A DNA stretch of 64,000 bases from a bacterium (GTDB taxonomy: Bacteria > Desulfobacterota > DSWW01): contig JBFLZG010000033.1 in the NCBI GenBank assembly GCA_040756235.1, positions 9,864 to 73,863 of the forward strand, read 5' to 3'. The notes below the pieces were generated by a model, which ran no database searches, was not told the DNA's origin, and worked only from the letters and a program-made list of their open reading frames with translations. Below, in pieces: positions 20,864 to 29,729 of the stretch. The translations under genes were made by a program, and so were the position numbers. Each line of letters starts with the position of its first letter. The first letter of the stretch is position 1.

Positions 20864-23800
20864 GGCGTACGGTCCAGCAAGGAGTAGACAACGGGGATGA
20901 CGACCAGGGTCAGCAGCGTCGAGCAGACCAGGCCCGCGATGACCGTGATCGCCATGGGCGCGCGGATCTCCGCGCCCTCACCGATCCCCAGAGCCATGGG
21001 GATGAGGCCGAGCACGGTCGTGGCCGCGGTCATCAGGATCGGCCTCAGGCGGGCCCGCCCCGCCTGGATCAGGGCCTCTTCCTTGGCCACGCCCCTGCGG
21101 CGCAGGATGTTCACGTAATCGACCAGGACGATGGCGTTGTTGACCACGATTCCCCCGAGCAGGATCACCCCGATGAAGACGAGCACGCTCAGGGGGATTT
21201 CGGCAAGGTAGAGGACATAGACGACCCCGATCAGCCCCAGGGGGATCGTGAACAGGATCACGAAAGGATGGAGGAGCGATTCGAACTGGCAGGCCATGAC
21301 GATGTAGACGAGAAAGACGGAGAGGCCCAGGGCGAGCTTGAGGCTGTCGAAGGAGGTCTGCATTTCGCGGTTCTGGCCCCCGAGCGAGATCCCGTAGCCC
21401 GGCGGCAGCTCGACGGAGCGCACCTGCCTGAGCACTTCCTCGGAGACCGAGCCCAGGTCCGTACCCGTCAGGTTGGCCGTGACCACTGCCACGCGGCGCT
21501 GTGCCACGCGCCGGACCTCGCTCGGCCCGGGCCCTACCTGCATCTCGGCCAGAGAGGACAGGGGCACGGATCGCCCCCCTTGCAGATCGATCTTCAGGTT
21601 CTTCAGGTCCTCGAGCGTGCTCAGGTAGCTGCGGTCCGCCCGGGCCCGGATGTCGTACCTCGTCTCGCCCTGAGCCAGCCGCGTGGACACGGTGCCGAGC
21701 ACTTTGGCCTGGACCAGTCCGGCCACCTGCTTCACGTCCAGCCCGAACCATGCCAGGCGGTCCCGGTCGAACAGCACGAGGATCTCAGGGTTGCCGGCCT
21801 TCGCGCTCGAGCGCACGTCGGCCAGGCCGCGGATCCGGCTCATGCGCGCTTCCACCTCCGCCGCAATCCGGCGCAGCTCTTCCAGGTCGTTCCCCTCGAT
21901 CTCCACCTCCACTGGCGTCTTGAAGCTGAACAGGCTGGGCAGCTCGAATTCGATCTGGACCGCGGCGAGGTCCCGGAGCCTGGCGCGCAGCCCGGCCATG
22001 ACCGAGTCTTCCTCGGAGAACTCGCCGGCGCCCTCGTCCAGGACGATGGTGAGGAGCGCCGTGTTCTCCCCCCGGCGCTCCTCCAGGGCCTCTTCCCCGC
22101 CAGGCTCGGATCCGATTTCGCTGAAGACCGTATCCACGCGCCGGTCCTCCAGCACCCCCTGCTCGATCGGGCCCGCGGCCCGGCTCGTCTCGTCGAGCGG
22201 AGTCCCCACAGCCTTCTCGATCCGCAGGTTGAACTGACCCTGCCGGATGCGCGGAAGGAGGTCCGTGCCGAGCTTCGGCAGGAGATAGAGGCAGTGAGCA
22301 AGCAGCAGAGCGCCGGCCACGGCCACGGCAGCGCGGTGGTGCAGGGCCCACCGGAGCAGCTTGGGATAGCGCTCGGACAAGCCGCCGTACCCGCGATCGA
22401 ACAGGAACAGGGCAGGCCGGAACAGGATGGAAAGAAGCCGCCGCGCCCCGGTCACGACCGGTGCGGAGACCCGCAGGAGGATGACAGTGAGCAGGCTGCC
22501 GGCCAGGGCCACGAGCCCGAAGGCAGCGCCCAGGGCGAATCGAATCGCCTCGAACCCCGGATGGAGAAGCCCGTACACCCGCAAGATCGCGGCCGGGAGC
22601 GGCCCCGAAGAGCGGGCATCGGTTTCCCCGTCCGCCCGCGGAGGACCGTTCCGGCTGTCGCCTCCCTGCGACCTGCCGCTTGCCGGCGACCCGCCGGAAA
22701 GATACGCCCAAGCTTCGGAGAGCCACAGGTCCGGCCTGCCGTTCTCGGCGAGCCATGCTCCCGAGCGGTGCAGGCCCGACGCGAGGAGCTCGTTCAGCCC
22801 CTTGGAGGCGGCGGGCCCGGAACCCGGGGCCCCGGTCCCGATCGCGACCCGGCGGGAGGCGAACATGGGGACCAGATAGAAGGCCACGAGCAGCGAGCCC
22901 AGCAGGGAGAACGTGACCGTCAGGGCAAGGTCGCGGAAGAGCTGGCCCGCGATCCCTTTCACGAAAACGATCGGGAAGAAGACCGCGATGGTCGTCAGCG
23001 TGCTGGCCGTAATGGCTGCGCCGACCTCCCGGGCACCCCGGTCGGCAGAATCCACGACCGAGTCGCCCTCCTCGCGGCACCGGAAAATGCTCTCGAGCAC
23101 CACGATGGAGTTGTCCACCAGCATCCCGACGCCCAGGGCCAGCCCTCCCAACGACATGAGGTTCAGGCTCACCCCGAAGACGAGCATGGGCACAAAGGTC
23201 ATGACCAGCGAGACCGGAATAGAGATGCCGATGATGAGAGTGCTCTTCACCTCTCGAAGGAACAGGATCAGAATCAGAAGGGCGAGCGCGCCGCCCTGGA
23301 TGGCCGTGGACCGCACTTCGTCCAGAGCGCCGCGAATGAATCGAGCCGGGTCGGAGATCATCCTGATCTGGACGCCGGGGTAATCCCTGGCCAGGCGGGC
23401 CACGAAGTCAGAGGCCGGCCCTTGGGGCCCGGATGCGGAGCGGGAGCCGGAGGAAGCGCCCGGCACGAGGCCGAGGACCTCCTTCACTTTCTGCGCGACC
23501 TGGACCGTGTTGCTGTCGGCCTCCTTGTAGACCTCCACCTCCACGCTCTCCTGGCCGTTGATGCGGGTGATCACCTCCTGCTTCTTGTGGGCCCAGCGCA
23601 CGCTTGCCACGTCCCTGAGCCGCACCTCGGCCTCTCCCTGCCCGAGACCGACCGCTCCGGCGATGCGGCCCGCCGCGGTATCTGCTCCGCCGGGAGCCCC
23701 GGCGCCCTGCTGGCCCGGAGCACCCGAGGCGCCCTTTCTCGCGACGACCACGTCGCCGATCTCCTTGGGGTCGACGAACTCGTTCAGAGTCCTCACCAGG

Positions 23801-24477
23801 TACTGCGCCGCGCCTTCCCTCAGGCTGCCGCCCGCGAGGTTGATGTTTTCCTGCGCGAGCCGCTGGCCGATCTGCTCCATGCCGATCCCGGCCTGGGCGA
23901 GCCGGGCCTCGTCCACCTCCACCAGGACCTCCTCTTCGAGACCTCCCTTGACCTTGACGGAGGCCACCCCGGGCAGGCCCTCGACGTCCCGCTTGAGCTC
24001 CTTGTCCGCGATCCTGCGGAGCTCGGAGAGGCCGAGCCCTCCGTGCAGGCCGACCCGCAGGATCGGATCCAGGGCCGGGTTGTAGCGCAGAATGGTCGGT
24101 CTCTCGACTTCCTCGGGAAGCACGACCCGGTCCATCTTCTCGCGCACGTCCAGGGAGACGAAGTCCATGTCCGTCCCCCAGGAGAACTCCAGCATGACCT
24201 CGGACATCCCCGCGCTGGAGACGGAACGGATCTCGACGAGGCTCGCCACCGTGCTCAGGGCTTCCTCGAGAGGGCGTGAAACAAAGCTCTCCACCTCCTC
24301 GGGCGCGGCTTCCGGGTACTCGGTGCGCACGGTGAGGGAAGGATAGGAGAGATCGGGCATGAGGTTGAGCGCGAGCTCCTGGTAGGACTTCAGGCCGAAG
24401 ACCACGGCTCCCAGGAAGACCATCGCCATGGTGACCGGACGGCGGATCGCGAGCAGGAGCCTACCCCTGGGATTCAT
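20860..24477 (-). CDS. RND efflux permease (AcrB family) with low-complexity insertions
   Basis: IRRPVTMAM, GMLVDNSIVV and RLRPILMTA; 4-nt overlap with the next gene. Confidence 0.92.
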   Translation of the reverse strand: MNPRGRLLLAIRRPVTMAMVFLGAVVFGLKSYQELALNLMPDLSYPSLTVRTEYPEAAPEEVESFVSRPLEEALSTVASLVEIRSVSSAGMSEVMLEFSWGTDMDFVSLDVREKMDRVVLPEEVERPTILRYNPALDPILRVGLHGGLGLSELRRIADKELKRDVEGLPGVASVKVKGGLEEEVLVEVDEARLAQAGIGMEQIGQRLAQENINLAGGSLREGAAQYLVRTLNEFVDPKEIGDVVVARKGASGAPGQQGAGAPGGADTAAGRIAGAVGLGQGEAEVRLRDVASVRWAHKKQEVITRINGQESVEVEVYKEADSNTVQVAQKVKEVLGLVPGASSGSRSASGPQGPASDFVARLARDYPGVQIRMISDPARFIRGALDEVRSTAIQGGALALLILILFLREVKSTLIIGISIPVSLVMTFVPMLVFGVSLNLMSLGGLALGVGMLVDNSIVVLESIFRCREEGDSVVDSADRGAREVGAAITASTLTTIAVFFPIVFVKGIAGQLFRDLALTVTFSLLGSLLVAFYLVPMFASRRVAIGTGAPGSGPAASKGLNELLASGLHRSGAWLAENGRPDLWLSEAWAYLSGGSPASGRSQGGDSRNGPPRADGETDARSSGPLPAAILRVYGLLHPGFEAIRFALGAAFGLVALAGSLLTVILLRVSAPVVTGARRLLSILFRPALFLFDRGYGGLSERYPKLLRWALHHRAAVAVAGALLLAHCLYLLPKLGTDLLPRIRQGQFNLRIEKAVGTPLDETSRAAGPIEQGVLEDRRVDTVFSEIGSEPGGEEALEERRGENTALLTIVLDEGAGEFSEEDSVMAGLRARLRDLAAVQIEFELPSLFSFKTPVEVEIEGNDLEELRRIAAEVEARMSRIRGLADVRSSAKAGNPEILVLFDRDRLAWFGLDVKQVAGLVQAKVLGTVSTRLAQGETRYDIRARADRSYLSTLEDLKNLKIDLQGGRSVPLSSLAEMQVGPGPSEVRRVAQRRVAVVTANLTGTDLGSVSEEVLRQVRSVELPPGYGISLGGQNREMQTSFDSLKLALGLSVFLVYIVMACQFESLLHPFVILFTIPLGLIGVVYVLYLAEIPLSVLVFIGVILLGGIVVNNAIVLVDYVNILRRRGVAKEEALIQAGRARLRPILMTAATTVLGLIPMALGIGEGAEIRAPMAITVIAGLVCSTLLTLVVIPVVYSLLDRTP

Positions 24478-25558
24478 CGATGACGCGCACCCTGGTTTCG
24501 TTCTGAAGCCCGAGCTGGCCCGCAACGACCACCCGATCCTCGGGGACGAGCCCTTGGAGGACTTCCACCCGGTCCGCGTCCTGGAACCCGGTCTCGATGG
24601 CGACCTCGCGAGCCACATCGTCCCGGACCACGTAGGCGAAGCTCTGCTCCCCGCGCAGCACGATCGCCGCCTTGGGGAGCAGCAGGGCCTCAGGGTGGAC
24701 GTCCGTGACAATCTCGACGCGCACGAACATGCCGGGCCGGAGCGCCCGGTCCGGGTTGCGGACCGTGATCGTCACCTTGGCCATGCCGCTCGCCGCGTCG
24801 ATGACCGGGTTCAGGCGTTCGACGCAGCTCTCGAACGTCCTTCCCGGATAGGCATCGGCCGTGAGAAGGGCGGTCTGGCCGCGCAGGATGGTGGAGAAAT
24901 CTTTCTCCGGCACGAACACATCGGCCCGGACCGAATCGAGGGCCACGATCCGGAACAGGGGCTGGCCGTTCCCGACGAGGTCGCCGGGCTTGACGTTGCG
25001 CTCCGTCACCAGGCCGGCGATCGGCGCGACGATGGAGGTGTCCTCCAGGTGCTTGCGGGCGAGCTCGTAATCGGCCGCTGCCAGCCGCAGCTGGATCGAG
25101 GCGTCGTGCAGGGCTTGCTGGCTGGTCAGCCCGTCCGCGAACAGCTGCTCCGCCCGCTCGTGGTCGGTGCGGGCCTTCTCCAGCCTCGCTCTGGCCTGAT
25201 CGCAGGCGAGCCGGATCTCTTCATCCTGGAGCCGGGCAAGAAGATCACCCGTCTTGACCTCGTCGCCCTCCTCCGCGAGCACCTGGCCGCAGAGACCGCC
25301 GAGCTGGGGGTAGACGTGCGCTTCGCTTTCGGCTTCCAGAGAGCTGGATGTGCGGATCGATCGGGAGATCGCGCCGATGACGGGCCGCACCACCTTGACG
25401 GGAACCGCCTCCGGCTCGCTCTGCGGAGCTGCACCTGCCGCGCCCGGCTCGTCCGCTCCGGGCCCCTTGCAGGCGGGCACGGACCCCAGCAGCAGGACGA
25501 GGAGCAGAAGCTGCCGAAACCGAGGAGCAAACCGGCCGACCCTGGGCTTTTCGGACAT
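24461..25558 (-). CDS. RND periplasmic adaptor (membrane fusion protein), probably a lipoprotein
   Basis: EEGDEVKTGDLLARL, IVAPIAGLV and LRPGMFVRV motifs; SVPAC lipobox-like. Confidence 0.92.
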   Translation of the reverse strand: MSEKPRVGRFAPRFRQLLLLVLLLGSVPACKGPGADEPGAAGAAPQSEPEAVPVKVVRPVIGAISRSIRTSSSLEAESEAHVYPQLGGLCGQVLAEEGDEVKTGDLLARLQDEEIRLACDQARARLEKARTDHERAEQLFADGLTSQQALHDASIQLRLAAADYELARKHLEDTSIVAPIAGLVTERNVKPGDLVGNGQPLFRIVALDSVRADVFVPEKDFSTILRGQTALLTADAYPGRTFESCVERLNPVIDAASGMAKVTITVRNPDRALRPGMFVRVEIVTDVHPEALLLPKAAIVLRGEQSFAYVVRDDVAREVAIETGFQDADRVEVLQGLVPEDRVVVAGQLGLQNETRVRVIDESQG

Positions 25559-25595
25559 CTCGTTGCCTCGATAGAGCAAAGGAAGCGGCGCAGAG

Positions 25596-25843
25596 GAGGC
25601 TGTGTCACAAACCGGTCAGACCCTCACGGGACCGACTCATTCCGGAGGGCTCCGCGGCGCGGCGACATGCTTTCCGTCATTCCGGCGAAGGCCGGAATCC
25701 AGTCCCTGCTCCCCAGTCGACCCGTCATTCCCGCGCACGCGGGAATCTCCCTGCGCCTCGGCTCCGGGAAGGGCGCAGCAAGCAGCGCCCCTACAACGCT
25801 GCGCGACAGCGCCGGGCGGGATTAAGAAAAACGACACAGCCTC
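25596..25843 (+). mobile_element. MITE-like element with 11-bp terminal inverted repeats, containing REP hairpins
   Basis: GAGGCTGTGTC ... GACACAGCCTC ends; internal GTCATTCCGGCGAAGGCCGGAATCCAG shared with 26041-26250; no ORF; no TSD seen. Confidence 0.6.
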
Positions 25844-26040
25844 GGGAGCCGGCCTGACGAGTCCCGCGCGTACGCGGGCCGGCCGCAAGTAGAAGTGCGC
25901 TCTCGCGCAGACCATCCTTGGATCGGAACGAACCGGCCAAAAGTTGAAAAAATGTTTTCGATTCAGGAGGTTGTTAAGTGGCGATTATGGCACAGGGCGA
26001 CGGCGAAGACAAGCGGTCCGGAGCCGTCATTCCCGCGCAG

Positions 26041-26250
26041 GCGGGTGTGTCATAAATCCGGTCAGACCCTCGTGCGACCACTCATTCCGGAGGACTCGGA
26101 GGCGCGGCCGCATGATTTCCGTCATTCCGGCGAAGGCCGGAATCCAGTCCGTGCGCCCAGTTACCACAGCTGGTCTTGGTGCACCCTTCTGGATCCCGGC
26201 ACTCACGCGCTTCGCACATGGGCCGGGATGACGAATTGTGACACAGCCTC
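26041..26250 (+). mobile_element. MITE-like element inserted in a REP loop with a 4-bp GCAG duplication
   Basis: Ends GCGGGTGTGTC / GACACAGCCTC; GCAG at 26037-26040 and 26251-26254; flanks rejoin to the REP seen intact at 25722-25797. Confidence 0.7.
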
Positions 26251-26357
26251 GCAGGCGGGAATCTCTCTGCGCCCCGGCATTCCGGGGCGGGCGCAGCGAG
26301 CAGGGCCCCTACAACAACGCGTGGGACCGCTGGCCGGGGATGACATGCCCCTACGAC

Positions 26358-26427
26358 TTGACCCGGCAGGCATAGATCGATATCATTCCTAACTAGTATT
26401 GACATAGCCTTTTCCACGTTCTAGAAT
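26358..26427 (+). promoter_or_regulatory. Tandem sigma70 promoters upstream of fur-cooS
   Basis: TTGACC-17-TATCAT (26358-26386) and TTGACA-17-TAGAAT (26399-26427). Confidence 0.75.
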
Positions 26428-26448
26428 CTGCATCTCAAAGGCGCCGCC

Positions 26449-26916
26449 ATGGCGGGTCCTCGAGGGACCGTACCAAGCGATTCGGAGCTGGCGGACCGGC
26501 TCCGATCCGTGGGCCTCAAGGCCACCCCACAGCGCCTCCTGATCCTGAGGGAGCTTCTATCGAGGAGCGATCACCCCACGGCGGAAAGGCTCTACCAGGC
26601 GGTCAAGAAGATTCACCCCACGATCTCGTTCAACACCATCTACCTGACCCTTCAGGCGCTGGCCGAAAAAGAAGTGATCCATGTCATTCGCCCCGTCGTC
26701 GATGCGACCCGCTATGACCCGGTCACCGAGATTCACGGCCACTTCATGTGCTCCCAATGCAAGCAGATCGAAGACCAGCTTCTGGAAGACCCCAGTCTCA
26801 AGCAGATCGATACCGAGGTCAAGAAGTCGGGGAAGTACTGGGTCGTTCAAAGCCAGATCCTCTGGGTCGGGCTGTGCCAGGAGTGCAGGGACGCGAACGC
26901 AGGTGCTAAGCACTAG
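26449..26916 (+). CDS. Fur/PerR-family transcriptional regulator
   Basis: LKATPQRLLIL, DHPTAE, TIYLTL, HGHFMCSQC and GLCQEC (two CxxC). Confidence 0.92.
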   Translation: MAGPRGTVPSDSELADRLRSVGLKATPQRLLILRELLSRSDHPTAERLYQAVKKIHPTISFNTIYLTLQALAEKEVIHVIRPVVDATRYDPVTEIHGHFMCSQCKQIEDQLLEDPSLKQIDTEVKKSGKYWVVQSQILWVGLCQECRDANAGAKH

Positions 26917-26970
26917 AGTCCTTTGGATAAGGTAAGATCGCTCTAACCCAGACGGAGGAAGAAGAGAGCC

Positions 26971-28977
26971 ATGGCAGAGACGGAAAAGACTCCCAAGAGC
27001 GTGGACAGCGCCACGTTGACCATGCTGGACAAGGCCGCCAAGGACAAGGTGTCCACGATCTTCGATCGGGCCGAGACGATGAAGCCCTGCAACATCGGCG
27101 AGCAGGGCACCTGCTGCAAGATCTGCTCGCAGGGTCCCTGCAGGCTCCCGCTTCCCAAGAAGGGGATCGAGGGCGAGGACACACGGATGGGCCTCTGCGG
27201 CGCCACGCCGAACACGATCGCGGCCCGGAACTTCGCGCGCATGGTGGCTGCAGGGGCAGCGGCCCATTCGGACCACGGGCGCGGAGTGGCCGAGGTCTTC
27301 CTGGCGGCAGCCAGGGGAGAGTCAAAAGACTATGCCATCAAAGACACGAAGAAGCTCATTCAGGTCGCCAAGGACTTCGAGATCCCCGTGACCGTGAAGG
27401 ACGGGGACAAGGAAGTGCCGCGGGACACCCAGGAGATCGCGGTCGAGCTGGGCGAGAAGGCGCTGGCCGAGTGGGGCCGGCAGGAAGGCGAGGTCTATTT
27501 CGCCAAGCGTGCGCCCAAGCCGCGCTACGACCTCTGGAAGAAGCTCGGCGTCGTGCCTCGCGGCATCGACCGGGAAATCGTCGAGATCATGCACCGCACG
27601 CACATGGGCGTGGACCAGGATTATGAGAACATCCTGAAGCAGTGCTCCCGGTCTGCCCTTGCCGACGGCTGGGCCGGCTCCATGATCGCCACGGAGCTGC
27701 AGGACATCATGTTCGGCTCTCCGGTCCCGATCCACGGTGAGATCAACCTCGGCGTGCTCAAGAAGGACACGGTCAACATCATCGTGCACGGCCACGAGCC
27801 GCTCCTGTCCGAGATGATCGTGATCGCCTCCCGCGATCCCGAGATGGTGAAGCTCGCCGAGTCCAAGGGCGCCAAGGGCATCACCCTGGCCGGCATGTGC
27901 TGCACGGCGAACGAGATCCTCATGCGCCACGGCATGCCGATCGCCGGCAACTACCTGCAGCAGGAGCTCGCCATCATCACGGGCGCCGTAGACGCCATGG
28001 TCGTGGACGTGCAGTGCATCATGGAAAACATTGCCAACGTGGCGACCTGCTACCACACCAAGGTGATCACCACGAACACGCGCGCCAAGATGAAGTCGGG
28101 CCAGGCTCTGCACATCGAGTTCGACGAGCACCACGCTCTCGAGGGCGCCAAGAAGATCGTCCGGACCGCGATCGAGAACTTCCCCAACCGCAGGGCCGAG
28201 GTCCTGATCCCGGACGAGAAGAAGACGATGGTTGCGGGCTTCACCTTCGAGTCCATCAACTACCACCTCGGCGGCACCTATCGCGGTTCCTACGTGCCGC
28301 TCAACGACAACATCATCAACGGCCGGATCCGCGGCATCGGCGGCGTCGTGGGCTGCAACAACGCCCGCACCATGCACGACAGCGCACACCTCACGCTGGT
28401 CAAGGAGCTGCTCAAGAACGACGTGATCGTGCTCACCACCGGCTGCAACGCCATGGCTTGCGGCAAGGCCGGCCTGCTCACGCCGGAGGCGGCCAAGGAG
28501 TTCTGCGGTCCCGGGCTGGCCGAAGTATGCGAGGCGGTCGGCATTCCGCCGGTCCTGCACTTAGGGAGCTGCGTGGACAACAGCCGCATCCTCATGGCGG
28601 CCACCGCGGTGGTCAAGGCCGGCGGTCTGGGCAACGACATCAGCGACCTGCCCGCCGCAGGCGCGGCGCCGGAGTGGATGAGCGAGAAGGCCATCAGCAT
28701 CGGCCAGTACTTCGTGGCCTCGGGCGTCTACACCATCTTTGGTGTCGGGCTCCCGGTCACAGGCGCCCCGGTCTTCCAGAACTACCTCTTCAACAAGCTC
28801 GAAGAGGTCTATGGAGGCAAGTGGGACCTTGCGGCGGATCCGCTGGAGATCGCGCGCAAGATGATCGCCCACATCGACAAGAAGCGGAAGGCCCTCGGGA
28901 TCGACAAGGCCCGCGAGAGAGTGCTCTACGACATGGAAGCCAGGAGGAAGCTGGAGGAGGAAGGGGCCGCGGCCTGA
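26971..28977 (+). CDS. cooS: Anaerobic Ni-Fe carbon monoxide dehydrogenase catalytic subunit
   Basis: PCNIGEQGTCCKICSQGPC (D/B clusters), AHSDH, GHEP, MCCT, DVQC, GCNN, TGC, GSCVD and WMSEKA. Confidence 0.97.
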   Translation: MAETEKTPKSVDSATLTMLDKAAKDKVSTIFDRAETMKPCNIGEQGTCCKICSQGPCRLPLPKKGIEGEDTRMGLCGATPNTIAARNFARMVAAGAAAHSDHGRGVAEVFLAAARGESKDYAIKDTKKLIQVAKDFEIPVTVKDGDKEVPRDTQEIAVELGEKALAEWGRQEGEVYFAKRAPKPRYDLWKKLGVVPRGIDREIVEIMHRTHMGVDQDYENILKQCSRSALADGWAGSMIATELQDIMFGSPVPIHGEINLGVLKKDTVNIIVHGHEPLLSEMIVIASRDPEMVKLAESKGAKGITLAGMCCTANEILMRHGMPIAGNYLQQELAIITGAVDAMVVDVQCIMENIANVATCYHTKVITTNTRAKMKSGQALHIEFDEHHALEGAKKIVRTAIENFPNRRAEVLIPDEKKTMVAGFTFESINYHLGGTYRGSYVPLNDNIINGRIRGIGGVVGCNNARTMHDSAHLTLVKELLKNDVIVLTTGCNAMACGKAGLLTPEAAKEFCGPGLAEVCEAVGIPPVLHLGSCVDNSRILMAATAVVKAGGLGNDISDLPAAGAAPEWMSEKAISIGQYFVASGVYTIFGVGLPVTGAPVFQNYLFNKLEEVYGGKWDLAADPLEIARKMIAHIDKKRKALGIDKARERVLYDMEARRKLEEEGAAA

Positions 28978-29037
28978 ACCATCCGGCTCGTCGGGAGCCC
29001 GCGTTCAGGGCTCAGGACGATGAGAATCGAGTGACAC

Positions 29038-29075
29038 GCGCCGGGAGCGGAGCTCCGCTCCCGGTGCTTTTTTTT
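29038..29075 (+). terminator. Intrinsic terminator after cooS
   Basis: GCGCCGGGAGCGG-AGCT-CCGCTCCCGGTGC followed by T8. Confidence 0.85.
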
Positions 29076-29129
29076 GCGTGCCCACATGGCCAACATCCTG
29101 AATGTCGCGAGCGAGCCGGCGGACACTCG

Positions 29130-29161
29130 GTAGGGTGGACCAAGCCGCAGGCGTGTCCACC
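29130..29161 (+). repeat. GTAG-type REP
   Basis: GTAGGGTGGAC..GTCCACC; near-identical copy at 48058-48089. Confidence 0.75.
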
Positions 29162-29206
29162 AACCACGGCTGCGGATCGGCAGCGTGGCGATCTCCCTGC
29201 ACCCGA

Positions 29207-29599
29207 CTACGTTAGGACCGCAATGCACTCGATCTCCACGCGTGCGCCCAAGGCCAGCCCGTTGACCCCGAGCGCGCTCCGTGCCGGCAAATGCCGGCCG
29301 AAATAGGTCACATAGACCCGGTTCATCTCAATCCAATCACCCATGTCGGCCAACATGACCGTTACTTTGACGACGTGATCCAGCGACGAGCCGCACTGCT
29401 CCAGCGTGGCCTTGACGTTGTCCATGGCCTGCCGTGTCTCGCCGGCGATACCCCCGGGCGCCAGCTTCCCCGTGCCATCAAGCCCGATCTGTCCGGAAAG
29501 GTAGAGCGTTCTTCCCACCCGCACGGCGGCCGAGAACGGCAGGCCTTTCATGTTGTCCGACATATAGTACTCGACATCCTGGCTGCGTTTGGCACCCAT
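29207..29599 (-). CDS. RidA/YjgF-family imine deaminase
   Basis: PFSAAVRVG.TLYLSGQIG, VVKVTVML, PARS and VEIECIA. Confidence 0.92.
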   Translation of the reverse strand: MGAKRSQDVEYYMSDNMKGLPFSAAVRVGRTLYLSGQIGLDGTGKLAPGGIAGETRQAMDNVKATLEQCGSSLDHVVKVTVMLADMGDWIEMNRVYVTYFGRHLPARSALGVNGLALGARVEIECIAVLT

Positions 29600-29729
29600 A
29601 CTGTCTCTCCTTCCTTGTCCTCCAAGCTTCCGGGAACCGCCTCTATCTCGCCATATGCCTTTGCATGAGCAAGGGTAACGCCGGCGCGTCTCGGAGTCGA
29701 GATGTCACCACATCGAGGATGTTCGTGGA

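Noticed and set aside
25596..26330. Repeated sequences as a possible CRISPR array
   Set aside because: No constant repeat with regular unique spacers and no cas genes; the pattern fits REP/MITE.
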